Virus record (IMG/VR): IMGVR_UViG_3300042731_007310
Location: 1 to 64,000 of that record
Length of the DNA stretch: 64,000 nt
Origin: a virus
Strand: one strand, 5' to 3'
How positions within the stretch are numbered: the first letter of the stretch is position 1; every line of letters starts with the position of its first letter. Position numbers and translations under genes: made by a program. The notes beneath the pieces were generated by a model. It saw nothing but the letters and a program-made list of their open reading frames with translations, ran no database searches and was not told where the DNA came from. Below, one piece after another: positions 17,151 through 26,901 of this stretch.

Positions 17151-17786
17151 ATGAAGATTGTAAAACCAAGTTACAAGATCAAGAAACTAAGTAATGGAAG
17201 AAGGGTTCTTAGAGAACTAGAAGAAGCGGCTAGGACCTGTTATAAATCAGAAGACAGGATTACCGACGTTTCCGCTAAAGGTTTTCTTAGAAAACTATTG
17301 AGTCATGATCCCGCTCACCTAAGCATAATCGAACACGAGTCTATGAAGGTGAAATTTATTTGTAACCGTGGATTCTCTCATGAACTAGTTAGACATCGTC
17401 CGGTTTCATATTCTCAAGAGAGTACTAGGTATTGCAATTATTCAAAGGGCAAGTTTGGTTCCGTGATATCTGTTATAAAACCATTGTATCGCAAACCCGG
17501 AACTGTAAACTATAAGATTTGGAAGGAAACCATAGAGACGATTGAAAGAACGTATATGAAGCTTCTAGAGTTAGGAGAAAAACCGGAAGAAGCTAGAGAT
17601 ATACTTCCGATCGGTCTAAAGACAGAAATTGTTACAACAACCAATTTGAGGCAATGGGGACATATCTTTTTTCAGCGAACAAGCAATCGTGCTCACCCAC
17701 AAATGAGAGAGCTAATGATTCCTTTGCTTGAAGAAGTCAGGTCAAGGGTTCCAGTTTTGTTTGACGACATTTCTATATATAGGTAG
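17151..17786 (+). CDS. thyX: FAD-dependent thymidylate synthase
   Basis: RHRPVSYSQESTRY motif, EARDILP, AHPQMR; start moved to ATG 17151. Confidence 0.95.
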   Translation: MKIVKPSYKIKKLSNGRRVLRELEEAARTCYKSEDRITDVSAKGFLRKLLSHDPAHLSIIEHESMKVKFICNRGFSHELVRHRPVSYSQESTRYCNYSKGKFGSVISVIKPLYRKPGTVNYKIWKETIETIERTYMKLLELGEKPEEARDILPIGLKTEIVTTTNLRQWGHIFFQRTSNRAHPQMRELMIPLLEEVRSRVPVLFDDISIYR

Positions 17787-17793
17787 TCCTATT

Positions 17794-18381
17794 ATGTCTA
17801 TGAAAGAGATTACATCAAATCTAATTAGAAAGTTTGCCTTTCCAAAAGAACTTCCTACTAAAAGAAAAAACATCATGAGAAAGGTTTCTATAGGCAATCA
17901 CAAATTGTTTATGAGCAATGGTGAATTTGACGATGGAACACTTTCTGAAATATTCCTAGATATACACAAAGAAGGTACGGCCACTAGGGCTCTATTGAAT
18001 TGTTTTGCGATAGCTGTATCTGTTGGTATTCAATGGGGTGTTCCATTGGAGATTTATGTTGACTATTTTGCTGATGTAAAATTTGAACCTAACGGAGTGG
18101 TAAGGGGATACGAAAAGATAAAGAATGCAGATTCGATCATATCTCTTATATTCCGTATATTAGCTATCGAATATCTTGGAATGAAAGAATACCAAGATAT
18201 TCCGGATGAAGTTGTTGAAGTCAAAAAGAAGGTTTGTAAAATCTGTACTGAATCGGAACAAGATGACAATGGTGTGGTGATAGGTGACGCACCGTTGTGT
18301 AAAGATTGTGGTCACCTTACAGTAAGAAACGGAACATGTTTCAAGTGTTTGAATTGTGGTAGTACTTCAGGTTGTAGTTGA
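17794..18381 (+). CDS. stand-alone class II ribonucleotide reductase C-terminal (TSCPD/NrdJb-like) domain
   Basis: GEFDDGTLSEIF..KEG..FAIAVSVGIQWGVPL..FEPNG; C-terminus RNGTCFKCLNCGSTSGCS. Confidence 0.88.
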   Translation: MSMKEITSNLIRKFAFPKELPTKRKNIMRKVSIGNHKLFMSNGEFDDGTLSEIFLDIHKEGTATRALLNCFAIAVSVGIQWGVPLEIYVDYFADVKFEPNGVVRGYEKIKNADSIISLIFRILAIEYLGMKEYQDIPDEVVEVKKKVCKICTESEQDDNGVVIGDAPLCKDCGHLTVRNGTCFKCLNCGSTSGCS

Positions 18382-18391
18382 AAGGTGAAAA

Positions 18392-18640
18392 ATGAAACGG
18401 GCAAAACCAAGCGGTTATATGAAGAGATCTGAATGTAAAAAAACAACTTTCTCAACTAGTGTAACGATAGACGCGGAAAGGTTAGGTAGGTTGTTAGGTT
18501 TTGATGTCGAAAAGGATAATCCAGTATTGGACTTGGTTGGTTTTGGTAAGAATATAAAAATCTCTTTGGCTAAAGCAAAAAGAAAAGATTTTCGTATGAC
18601 CATTTCATGGGAGAGACAGATAAAAAAGAAAGAAGAATAG
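18392..18640 (+). CDS. hypothetical protein
   Basis: AAGGTG RBS. Confidence 0.65.
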   Translation: MKRAKPSGYMKRSECKKTTFSTSVTIDAERLGRLLGFDVEKDNPVLDLVGFGKNIKISLAKAKRKDFRMTISWERQIKKKEE

Positions 18641-18742
18641 TAAACACCGATCTTCTGCGAAAACGTTTTTCAAAATTAGGTATCTCACGTTGAGGTACGG
18701 TATACTAATTTTGAGAGCAATTCAAAAAAAAGGAGATCGGTT

Positions 18743-18940
18743 ATGAAAAGTTTATATTACATTCTGGTCTTTTTTGTTCTTTGTGGGTGTACGATAAAGG
18801 TGAAAGTTGAAGGTCTTGAAAAGTTGGTTCCTGAAGGTGGGTTGATACACGTCCCTAAACATGTTGTTGATATTGATAATAAAACCATAAACGGTGTGTA
18901 TAACAGTAACTATGATGATTCGGGTGTTGACAATGAATAA
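18743..18940 (+). CDS. putative lipoprotein
   Basis: Signal peptide with LCGC lipobox. Confidence 0.65.
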   Translation: MKSLYYILVFFVLCGCTIKVKVEGLEKLVPEGGLIHVPKHVVDIDNKTINGVYNSNYDDSGVDNE

Positions 18941-19544
18941 AATTAATCTATTTGTAATTTCTATTCTATTTATTATATCAAGTTCATGTGGTGGTGGATC
19001 ACAAACGGTTTATCCAGAAATAGAAAGGACTGAAGAATTCGATGAAATCTATTATGTATTACTAGATTATTTCGAAGAAGAAAAAGGTGAATTGAGCGAC
19101 TATTGTATTTGGTTCACTCGTAATATGGATGTGAAGTGGTTGGATCATCCAAATACAATTGGTCATGCTGGTAGTAAACCAGGTAAAGATTGGTGTGGTA
19201 TATTTCTAGACGACCGTCTAAGGGGATGGCAATTGATTACCGTCATTACTCATGAGATGGCACATATTTTTTATTGGTGCCATATACCACAAGAAGAATG
19301 GACTGAAAAACAACACGGTGATAAAACCGTATGGGCTAATGGTGGTGGTGACTTTGATGTCAGTAAATTCTGTGATGATCCAAATATAGAAATAGATAAT
19401 ATAAAAAAGGATTCTATTCTTTTCAAGACTGCTTTCGAATTGGTTTGTCTGAATCATAAAGAATTGATGAAATGGACAAAGAGTGAAGGTAGACGAACTG
19501 ATATGAGAATCTACCAAGATTCCGGTATTGTATTTGAACAATAA
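18933..19544 (+). CDS. putative lipoprotein zinc metallopeptidase
   Basis: Signal ending SSC; ITHEMAH. Confidence 0.65.
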   Translation: MNKINLFVISILFIISSSCGGGSQTVYPEIERTEEFDEIYYVLLDYFEEEKGELSDYCIWFTRNMDVKWLDHPNTIGHAGSKPGKDWCGIFLDDRLRGWQLITVITHEMAHIFYWCHIPQEEWTEKQHGDKTVWANGGGDFDVSKFCDDPNIEIDNIKKDSILFKTAFELVCLNHKELMKWTKSEGRRTDMRIYQDSGIVFEQ

Positions 19545-19583
19545 TTCATCGTACTATGGCCGTAAACGATAGGTAATAGTATT

Positions 19584-19907
19584 ATGGATATTGTAGAGAT
19601 TGATCTGTTTGGTAGAACGTTTGTGTTGAAAAGAACTTCACACTTGAGTACTGAAGGGGATCAAGTGTGGTATCGTTGGATATTCGAAGAAAAAGGTTTT
19701 CAGATTGCATTGTGTAGAAGTGTGATGACCGGAAACTACAACGCATATGCAAACTTTGACGAAGAAGAACCAACCATAAGGCGCTTCAACGTATGGGGTA
19801 TTGAATCTAGCGATCCGGAAGAATCGATACGCAAGCTTCAAGAATCGATACTATCAGTAGGTATGTTGTTATCTAATGTGTTACGTGGTCAAGAGATAGA
19901 GTCATAA
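19584..19907 (+). CDS. hypothetical protein
   Basis: ORF in operon. Confidence 0.65.
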   Translation: MDIVEIDLFGRTFVLKRTSHLSTEGDQVWYRWIFEEKGFQIALCRSVMTGNYNAYANFDEEEPTIRRFNVWGIESSDPEESIRKLQESILSVGMLLSNVLRGQEIES

Positions 19908-20179
19908 TGTTGGTTCAAAGATTCATAGCTCTCTGTGATGAACCCGGATGTAAGGCTCATACAAAGGTTACTTTGAAAATCAGAATGGCGCCTTTGGAAG
20001 AAAGTTTGAAATACAAAAATGCTCTTTTACCGGATGATATAATAATACGTGAAGAAGGTTGGTCGTGGGGGTGGGATAGTAATAAACAATGGACTGGTAT
20101 CTATTGCCCTAAACATGGTGAAAAAAATGGAAGACACAAATCAAAACCAAAGAATAGGCGTTCCGGACGAAAACGGTAG
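19907..20179 (+). CDS. Zn-finger protein
   Basis: CDEPGC...GWSW..YCPKH. Confidence 0.65.
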   Translation: MLVQRFIALCDEPGCKAHTKVTLKIRMAPLEESLKYKNALLPDDIIIREEGWSWGWDSNKQWTGIYCPKHGEKNGRHKSKPKNRRSGRKR

Positions 20180-20414
20180 TTTTCTTTTGTCTGCTACCTG
20201 TCGTTGTTCTGAATGTGACGCGGTATCAATTACTTCTATTACCATGAAGCTTGAAAGGGTCCGTATCGATGACAATCTTATTGGGTTGATAGATGGTTCC
20301 GGTGTAGCAATGATAGTGAAATATATCAACCTAATGGACGGATGGTCTTTAGGTAAAGACTTGAAACCACGGTGTTCTAAACATAGTAATGAGAATAATA
20401 AAAATGAACAATGA
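20049..20414 (+). CDS. Zn-finger protein, paralog of 19907 (true start probably at MEDTNQ)
   Basis: CSEC...GWSL..RCSKH. Confidence 0.6.
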   Translation: MKKVGRGGGIVINNGLVSIALNMVKKMEDTNQNQRIGVPDENGSFLLSATCRCSECDAVSITSITMKLERVRIDDNLIGLIDGSGVAMIVKYINLMDGWSLGKDLKPRCSKHSNENNKNEQ

Positions 20415-20628
20415 TACAAATACAATCTTGTCGGGTAAGCAAGAATTGGATATTCAAGAAGCCAAAGAAAAGGCGTATGGTAAGGGAAAGTCTGAAGGTT
20501 TCAAAATACAAAAAGCAGATCAACACAAGAAAAAGGTTGATAAAAATCGGAAGCGTAGAAAGATTTCTAAGGCTTCAAATAAAAAGAATAGAAAAAATAA
20601 ATAACTTACAAAGAAAGGTATCGGTGAA

Positions 20629-21057
20629 ATGATGGATCCACGAAAGGGTAGGCATATGAAATATCTTCTTACTGGCGATCCTGATTTTTTGAATGATGTA
20701 GGGGTGGTGAGAAGTTTTCTTGAAGACTTGGTCGAAGCAATAGGTATGGAAGCTGTAGATGAACCAAAGGTGTATTGGCTACCACCAATTCCAGAAAACA
20801 TGTCACTAGACTGCCCTAATGACGCTGGTGGTGTGACCGGTATTGTTGTATTGAGTACGTCACACGCGTCAATTCACACCTTCCCTGAATGCCACTATGC
20901 GGTATGTGACGTTTATTCGTGTAAGGACTACGATCCGCAAATACCGCCTGATGTAATGTCAGCTCATTTCGGAATAAAAACTGTTTTCGCTACAGATCTT
21001 TCATTTTCGTTGAAGTATCCATACCCACTTCCAAAACCAAATCATCGAAACGGGTAG
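20629..21057 (+). CDS. speD: S-adenosylmethionine decarboxylase-family pyruvoyl proenzyme
   Basis: GRH..GGVTGIVVLSTSHASIHTFPE..DVYSC. Confidence 0.85.
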   Translation: MMDPRKGRHMKYLLTGDPDFLNDVGVVRSFLEDLVEAIGMEAVDEPKVYWLPPIPENMSLDCPNDAGGVTGIVVLSTSHASIHTFPECHYAVCDVYSCKDYDPQIPPDVMSAHFGIKTVFATDLSFSLKYPYPLPKPNHRNG

Positions 21058-21076
21058 GTTTCCGGTATATAGGTAC

Positions 21077-21532
21077 ATGTCTATAACACTGGAAAAAGCC
21101 AAAAAACGTTTTGAATCTAAGTTACATGATAGAAGGAAGTGTAAATGTCCTTTGTGTGGTCGTACTTCGATTGTGTATCTTAGGACGGTAGATAAGACTA
21201 TGGCTACAACACTTCAACTATGGGCTAAAGAATACGGTGATTCATTCGTTCATGTGAGAAAGTTCTTAGAGAGAAGGGGTTTAGATTCACAAGCCCGTGG
21301 TGGTAGCTTTACAAAATTGCGCCATTGGGGATTGATAGAATCAAAGGGGCGCCAAACTGGATACTGGCGTATTACGGAAAAAGGTTTTCGATATTTGAAT
21401 GGAAAAAAGAAAATCCATAAAACAGCATTAGTTGCAAACCAAGATGGTAAAGTGATCGGGTATTTAGTTGAAGACGGAAAGGTCACTATACATGATGCTC
21501 TAAACACTAAATTTGATAGGAATAAGATATGA
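21077..21532 (+). CDS. Zn-ribbon plus winged-helix-like phage protein
   Basis: CPLCG; KLRHWGLIE..GYWRITEKG. Confidence 0.65.
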   Translation: MSITLEKAKKRFESKLHDRRKCKCPLCGRTSIVYLRTVDKTMATTLQLWAKEYGDSFVHVRKFLERRGLDSQARGGSFTKLRHWGLIESKGRQTGYWRITEKGFRYLNGKKKIHKTALVANQDGKVIGYLVEDGKVTIHDALNTKFDRNKI

Positions 21533-21858
21533 ACGACAAAATTCTATACGCTATAAACGACAATAAAGTAACTAGGGAAAATAGAAGTGATGTAGAAGAA
21601 TTTTGTAAACTCGAAAAGTTACATAAACAAGGTAAGTTGAGTGAATCAAAAAAGAAGAGACGTAGTAGAATTATGGTTCGTCTAATGAAGGGTGGTATTC
21701 TAAAACAAATGAGTCGAAAGGCCTTAGAAGAAGCCGCACAAATCATGTATGACAACTTTCCTTGGCACAAGAAGGTAAAACTAAGATTCCAATTCTTGTA
21801 TAGGAAATTCAAGAATTGGTTTTCTTCAAAATTTCTCAAAAACAGAAAGGTGAAATAA
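21529..21858 (+). CDS. hypothetical basic protein
   Basis: ATGA coupling. Confidence 0.65.
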   Translation: MNDKILYAINDNKVTRENRSDVEEFCKLEKLHKQGKLSESKKKRRSRIMVRLMKGGILKQMSRKALEEAAQIMYDNFPWHKKVKLRFQFLYRKFKNWFSSKFLKNRKVK

Positions 21859-21860
21859 TC

Positions 21861-22445
21861 ATGTCAGTAGGAGCGATTGTAACATTGGTTTTGTCCATAC
21901 TCGGTTTTGTCGGAATCGCAATATGGGCTTTTACTTTAGGTAGAAAATATCGGTGGCCAAAAGGTGTACTAAGAAGTCGTAAGACAAAGGGTGGTATTGA
22001 AGTAGTAGTTATAAATGCACCAGGTTCGTCATTAGAAAAGGAGTTAGACGTAACTGATGCCTGTTGTCGTGCCGTACAAGCGTGTTTTACAGCATGGGAT
22101 AGACTTCATCCGGACAATAAGGCCAAAAGTGAAATTGACGTTGTTGGTGTTTCATTTATTTCTGATATCGAAATGGACAAGATACAAGAAAAAATGCCGT
22201 ACGAACGTGTAGCAGCATATTTGTGTTTCACTTCAAGGTCGGTTGGTTCTAGCGCTCCTACTGCGGTTGTTAGAAGTAGTTTGATTTTGAATGTGGTTTC
22301 CAAAGGTGAACCGGTGATTCACGAGATGATTCACGCGCTTTTACATCGGTGTTCTAATGTTGGATTTGACTATGAACACAAAGACGAATCGTGGATTATC
22401 GTTAGTAGAAGCGCAAGGGCAGAATATCAAAACTTGTCTTCTTAG
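21861..22445 (+). CDS. membrane-anchored HExxH protein
   Basis: N-terminal TM; VIHEMIHALL..HKD. Confidence 0.65.
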   Translation: MSVGAIVTLVLSILGFVGIAIWAFTLGRKYRWPKGVLRSRKTKGGIEVVVINAPGSSLEKELDVTDACCRAVQACFTAWDRLHPDNKAKSEIDVVGVSFISDIEMDKIQEKMPYERVAAYLCFTSRSVGSSAPTAVVRSSLILNVVSKGEPVIHEMIHALLHRCSNVGFDYEHKDESWIIVSRSARAEYQNLSS

Positions 22446-22505
22446 CCGATCTAAGGACTTCGGTTTTACCAGGTAATAAGATTTAAGTTTGTTTGGTGGT
22501 GACAT

Positions 22506-22550
22506 TATGGCCGTGATTCTGGTGGATCACGGCCATATTTTCATTCTTTT
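22506..22550 (+). terminator. rho-independent terminator
   Basis: TATGGCCGTGATT..GATCACGGCCATA followed by a T-rich tail. Confidence 0.75.
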
Positions 22551-22636
22551 GGTGGTGTACCATTCCAAGAACAATAATAGTTGAAGCGATATAGAAACAA
22601 TTCATCGTTACACTGTATCCTTGTTACGTATATTGT

Positions 22637-22843
22637 ATGACAAAGAAATCCGCTGACAGAATCATGTTTTGGGTGTATATGGCGTACATCATATTTTTCT
22701 TCTTTTGGTGCCTATTCGCTTGGGTAGGTTGTAATGGTGAAGAAGACAATTATCCATCTATGCTATGGCAAATTTTGTTCGGAATTTTTCTAGGAAGAAT
22801 AAACGATAGACACTTCATTCCATGGATTAGTGGAAAGGGATAA
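22637..22843 (+). CDS. 2-TM membrane protein
   Basis: Two hydrophobic segments. Confidence 0.55.
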   Translation: MTKKSADRIMFWVYMAYIIFFFFWCLFAWVGCNGEEDNYPSMLWQILFGIFLGRINDRHFIPWISGKG

Positions 22844-23210
22844 TATGAAAAATAAAAACACTAAAGTTCAAAGTCTATTCTCTTTGACCAAACAAGATTT
22901 GATATCGAAGATATTAGGTCTTCAAGATTCGATGACCAAATTACAAAATGAAATGTTGAAGGCACAAATAATAGCTGCTACTCGACTTGATGTAATCCGT
23001 TTACTAGGGTTTATAATGAACAGAGATCCATCACCAGATCCAACTAAGGTATCACCAGCGGTTCCGGAAGTGAAAAAAATAATGGCTGGTGAATTGAAAG
23101 ATTTAGCGATTCATCTTCGCGGTAGAGCTGATGAATTTGAAAATGTATCTAAACGTTTATTGAGTGAAATTGAAAATAAAGAAGATACTGATAAGCAAGT
23201 GAAAGAATGA
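22830..23210 (+). CDS. coiled-coil hypothetical protein
   Basis: ORF; true start probably at MKNKNT. Confidence 0.65.
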   Translation: MERDNMKNKNTKVQSLFSLTKQDLISKILGLQDSMTKLQNEMLKAQIIAATRLDVIRLLGFIMNRDPSPDPTKVSPAVPEVKKIMAGELKDLAIHLRGRADEFENVSKRLLSEIENKEDTDKQVKE

Positions 23211-23250
23211 AAAATTCATCGGATATTTTCTAATAATGTAAATATATGTT

Positions 23251-23766
23251 GTGGCGAGCGTAACCAAAAAACTTCGCAAGAAACAAGTAAAAAAGATCAA
23301 GCTACTAATCTTATCCGGAAAAGGCCTAAACAATGTAGCTGAACTTTACGGTGTTTCTTACATCACGATCTATAAGATCGCGGCTGGAATAACTTGGAGA
23401 AAAGTAAAACCAACCGGGAAACTTATAGGTAAAAGAGATTATGTTTCTAAGCGTGTTTTTTCTCTGAATGATTGTCAGATTATCGCTTTGAAGAAAATGA
23501 AAAAACGTTTTTCAAATGATGTTCTGTCAAAGCAGTATGATACTTCTGAATCTACTATTCAAAGGGCGATAGAAGACGGTAAAGCAGCGCTAGGGTTTCG
23601 ATTTCATAAGATGACTCTAAATGGTGGTGTTTCAAAGGCACAACAGAAGTGTCACCTAACAGACGATGAAGTTCAATCTTTGGTAAACATAAGTGTTTCT
23701 GGTGAAGTTCCGGAATGGATACGTAGGGAGTTCAAAAAATGTCAGAAGAGAAAAAAGTTGATATGA
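23251..23766 (+). CDS. double-HTH DNA-binding protein
   Basis: VAELYGVSYITIYKIAAGITW; LSKQYDTSESTIQRAI. Confidence 0.7.
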   Translation: MASVTKKLRKKQVKKIKLLILSGKGLNNVAELYGVSYITIYKIAAGITWRKVKPTGKLIGKRDYVSKRVFSLNDCQIIALKKMKKRFSNDVLSKQYDTSESTIQRAIEDGKAALGFRFHKMTLNGGVSKAQQKCHLTDDEVQSLVNISVSGEVPEWIRREFKKCQKRKKLI

Positions 23767-24245
23767 GTTTCATAGAAGATATAGAAAGTGAAACGAATCA
23801 AAAAGTGTTGATGGAAAATGAAATAAAGCTACAAAAAGAAAGAGTAGTTAGTTTCGAAAAACAATTGAACGAAGAAGTAGATAAAAGGATAAAGTTAGAA
23901 AAAGAAAACAAAAGACTTGAATGTGAATTAGATAAAGTAAAGGACAAACTGTATTGTCTTGCGCCACCCTTACCTACTGATTTGTGGCAAAGATCAAAAA
24001 ACGTTTGGGGCGCTGCTTTGCATTCTCATCTTTACGGTGAACATCTAGATCCGGGTCCATTGTCTATAATTGAGAGAGCACTTTTTGACGCTGAAAAACG
24101 TGGTTATTCTGGAAGAAAAGATCTGGATAAGGTACATTGTAATGGTGAATGTTCTTGTTCTTCTAACAAGGAAAGTAAGGATGAAACAAAAAAGAATAGA
24201 CCTTCAAAAAAGAAAACTAAAACCGTCACAAGAAAAAAGAAGTAA
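23739..24245 (+). CDS. coiled-coil hypothetical protein
   Basis: GGGAG RBS. Confidence 0.65.
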   Translation: MSEEKKVDMSFIEDIESETNQKVLMENEIKLQKERVVSFEKQLNEEVDKRIKLEKENKRLECELDKVKDKLYCLAPPLPTDLWQRSKNVWGAALHSHLYGEHLDPGPLSIIERALFDAEKRGYSGRKDLDKVHCNGECSCSSNKESKDETKKNRPSKKKTKTVTRKKK

Positions 24246-24531
24246 TATTGGTCAAGACCAAATTGGTTATCCCATATACAGGTGCTCTTTATGCGATGAA
24301 ATGATAACACAAAATTCGGTATCACCAGTTTCGTTGTCAACACTATTTTCATTGATGAATAATCATCATTTATTTAGTATAGGTACTCTTCAACGATTCA
24401 TAATTCATGAATGTGGAAATGGATCATATGGAGTAGCAAACATAGCCGGTATAGCTTCAGAAAAAGTTTTTGTTGATTCTAAAAAAATGCCTAGTGAATT
24501 GAGAATAGAAAAACCAGTAGAGCCAAATTGA
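24181..24531 (+). CDS. hypothetical protein
   Basis: YRCSLC..IHEC..GVA. Confidence 0.6.
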   Translation: MKQKRIDLQKRKLKPSQEKRSNIGQDQIGYPIYRCSLCDEMITQNSVSPVSLSTLFSLMNNHHLFSIGTLQRFIIHECGNGSYGVANIAGIASEKVFVDSKKMPSELRIEKPVEPN

Positions 24532-25220
24532 TGAAAAAAAAGAAGAACAAAATAGTATTGAGTTATAAAAAGAAGGTTGAACTTTCCGCTGAAATATACG
24601 GTATGATGATGGAAGGTGATAGTGATGGCGAGATTATCGAAAGCTTAGACATAACACCACAAGAATATTCGATAGCAAAAAAGTTTCTTCTCGAAAGTAA
24701 GGGGAGCGAAGAAGAACTATTGTCTAGTAAAGAACGCTTTGCTAAATACGTCATTGTTCAGGACAGAAACACAAGAGCCTTAGACGAATTGATTGTGAAC
24801 CTTGATCACAAAAACCAATACAACGCGCTAGTAGGTGCTATCAGATTGAGATCTGATATTGCTGATAGAGTAATCTCTACTGGTCAAACACTTGGAATAA
24901 TATCAAAAGAACCTGAAAAAAAGATGGTTATGAATGGTGTTGTTGTTGCGGAAGTAAGTGATAAGGACCTTAGAAAAGAACTAGCAAAATCGATTGTTAG
25001 TTTTGGAAAAATGATGAAGCGATATGGTGGCGGAAAAGATATTTTGGAAATCAAAACAGGTGATCTTCATTATGGTGAAGGCGTCAAAGTTCTTCCGGAA
25101 GATTTCACATCAACGGCTGCAATGGGAGCGCCACCTATGAAGCCAAAATCAAATGACAAAAAGAATCGAGCCAAGACCGGTAAAAGAGCGGCTGGACGTA
25201 GAAGGGTAAGGGAAAAATAA
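24528..25220 (+). CDS. helical protein, possible terminase small subunit
   Basis: N-terminal HTH-like segment, helical core, basic tail; about 3.5 kb upstream of TerL. Confidence 0.4.
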   Translation: MMKKKKNKIVLSYKKKVELSAEIYGMMMEGDSDGEIIESLDITPQEYSIAKKFLLESKGSEEELLSSKERFAKYVIVQDRNTRALDELIVNLDHKNQYNALVGAIRLRSDIADRVISTGQTLGIISKEPEKKMVMNGVVVAEVSDKDLRKELAKSIVSFGKMMKRYGGGKDILEIKTGDLHYGEGVKVLPEDFTSTAAMGAPPMKPKSNDKKNRAKTGKRAAGRRRVREK

Positions 25221-25221
25221 A

Positions 25222-25923
25222 ATGGCTAATGGAGTTATTATAGGCGGTAATAGTTATGAATTACTACATCCAAAAACCGGTTGTCCTATCCCTGTTTTCA
25301 ATTGGAAAGATACTGGAATGGAATTCAAGATCGGTGATGGATATAATAAACGTCGTAAGGAAGACATCACACTAGGTGTTATTCACTGGACGGGTTCAGA
25401 AAATTCTGTGGAAACGATGTTCAATGTTTTGAATAAACGAAAGTTAGGCGTTGAATACTGTATAAGTCCGTATGGATCACTTTATCAATTCTGCGATATG
25501 ATTGAAGTTGATACGGCTGACGCTGGTGCGGCTAATAAAATAAGTTGGGGTGTTGAAGTGGTCAACGCTGGTATTCGTAGGGCGAATACTTTATGGCGTG
25601 AACCGCGATATCGTAAGACGAAAATGGGTCCAAGACGCGGATACGAAACGCGTATTCATGATAGAAATGTAAAGTGTTGGGATTTTTACGAAGAACAAAC
25701 GATGACGTTATTAGCGTTGAATCTACTTATACACCATGTAGTACCAACGTATGGACCTAATGTTTGCGTTGCTAATGGTGAAATAAATTGGCGCGAATTC
25801 AAAGGTGCTGTAGGTCATTACCATATCACTAAGAAAAAGTTAGATCCCGGAACTGAACCAATGAAGCGACTTCATAGCTTTATGGAAAGTTCTATATTTG
25901 GTAGTGGAAGCGAATTTCGTTGA
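25222..25923 (+). CDS. N-acetylmuramoyl-L-alanine amidase (Amidase_2) endolysin
   Basis: VIHWTG, SWGVEVVN, GHYH..KLDPG. Confidence 0.85.
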   Translation: MANGVIIGGNSYELLHPKTGCPIPVFNWKDTGMEFKIGDGYNKRRKEDITLGVIHWTGSENSVETMFNVLNKRKLGVEYCISPYGSLYQFCDMIEVDTADAGAANKISWGVEVVNAGIRRANTLWREPRYRKTKMGPRRGYETRIHDRNVKCWDFYEEQTMTLLALNLLIHHVVPTYGPNVCVANGEINWREFKGAVGHYHITKKKLDPGTEPMKRLHSFMESSIFGSGSEFR

Positions 25924-26005
25924 AACAGAATCCACTGAAGCTACAAAAAAAATCTGAACCCTGCCCTATCTGTAATGGGCAGGGTAACGATAACTTATTG
26001 ACCAT

Positions 26006-26890
26006 TTGCTTGGACTGTTATGGGAGCGGAAAAAATATATTGTTTGTAGGGAATGTTGGAATAAAAAGTCACCATTAGAGTTTTTTGATTCGAAACGAAA
26101 CAGGTTTTTGAAGACTTGCAAACAATGTAGGGAAAAGAACAGATATCGTGAAAAAATCGATCCAAGAAATGGTCTTCCGGATCGTGGTCCTATAAGGGTA
26201 AAATTCAATCTAAATTCTAACAACACAAAAACCGGAAGTATTCCGGTTAGTATGACTTCTAGTCCTACTTGTCCATTATCTTGTTCTTTTCGTAATGGTA
26301 TTTGTTATTCAGAAGGTCACTTTGTTGGTATGCACTGGAAAAGACTAAGTAATCCTGATGGTAGTGGTGGTGTTACATGGGATAAATTTTGTGAAATGGT
26401 TTCTAAATTACCAAAGGGTCAAGTGTGGCGACACAATGAAGCTGGTGATCTACCAGGTATAGGGGATGAAATAGACGCTGTAATGTTGAAGAAATTGATC
26501 CTTGCCAATATGGGTAAGATGGGATTTACCTATACTCACAAACCAGTGTTGGAAGATTGTGGTATATCAATATTCAACAGAGTGTGTATTTACGAATCGA
26601 ACACAAAAGGTTTTTGTATCAATTTGTCTGCTAACGATTTAGAACAAGCTGACAGATTATTGAAACTAGGGATAGGTCCGGTAGTTGTTACTTTACCGGA
26701 AGATTGTCAAAAAGAACTGAAAACACCTGGTGGAAAACGTGTTACCGTATGTCCTTCTCAATGGTCGGAAGTTACCTGTAAAGAATGTAAGATTTGCGCA
26801 AACACTAAGCGTAAGTTGATAATAGGTTTTAGGGCTCATGGTTTAGGTAAAAATAAGATTGGCTCAAATTTCCAACTATCATTGTTTTGA
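26006..26890 (+). CDS. Cys-rich Gp88/DUF7227-like protein
   Basis: NTKTGSIPVS..TCPLSC..CY, WRHNEAGD, GFTYTH, TCKECKIC, IGFRAHG. Confidence 0.65.
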   Translation: MLGLLWERKKYIVCRECWNKKSPLEFFDSKRNRFLKTCKQCREKNRYREKIDPRNGLPDRGPIRVKFNLNSNNTKTGSIPVSMTSSPTCPLSCSFRNGICYSEGHFVGMHWKRLSNPDGSGGVTWDKFCEMVSKLPKGQVWRHNEAGDLPGIGDEIDAVMLKKLILANMGKMGFTYTHKPVLEDCGISIFNRVCIYESNTKGFCINLSANDLEQADRLLKLGIGPVVVTLPEDCQKELKTPGGKRVTVCPSQWSEVTCKECKICANTKRKLIIGFRAHGLGKNKIGSNFQLSLF

Positions 26891-26901
26891 AGGGATATCA
26901 T

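Noticed and set aside
16907-17194. ORF overlapping the thyX start
   Set aside because: GTG start without a clear RBS and no motif; it may be real but could not be supported.
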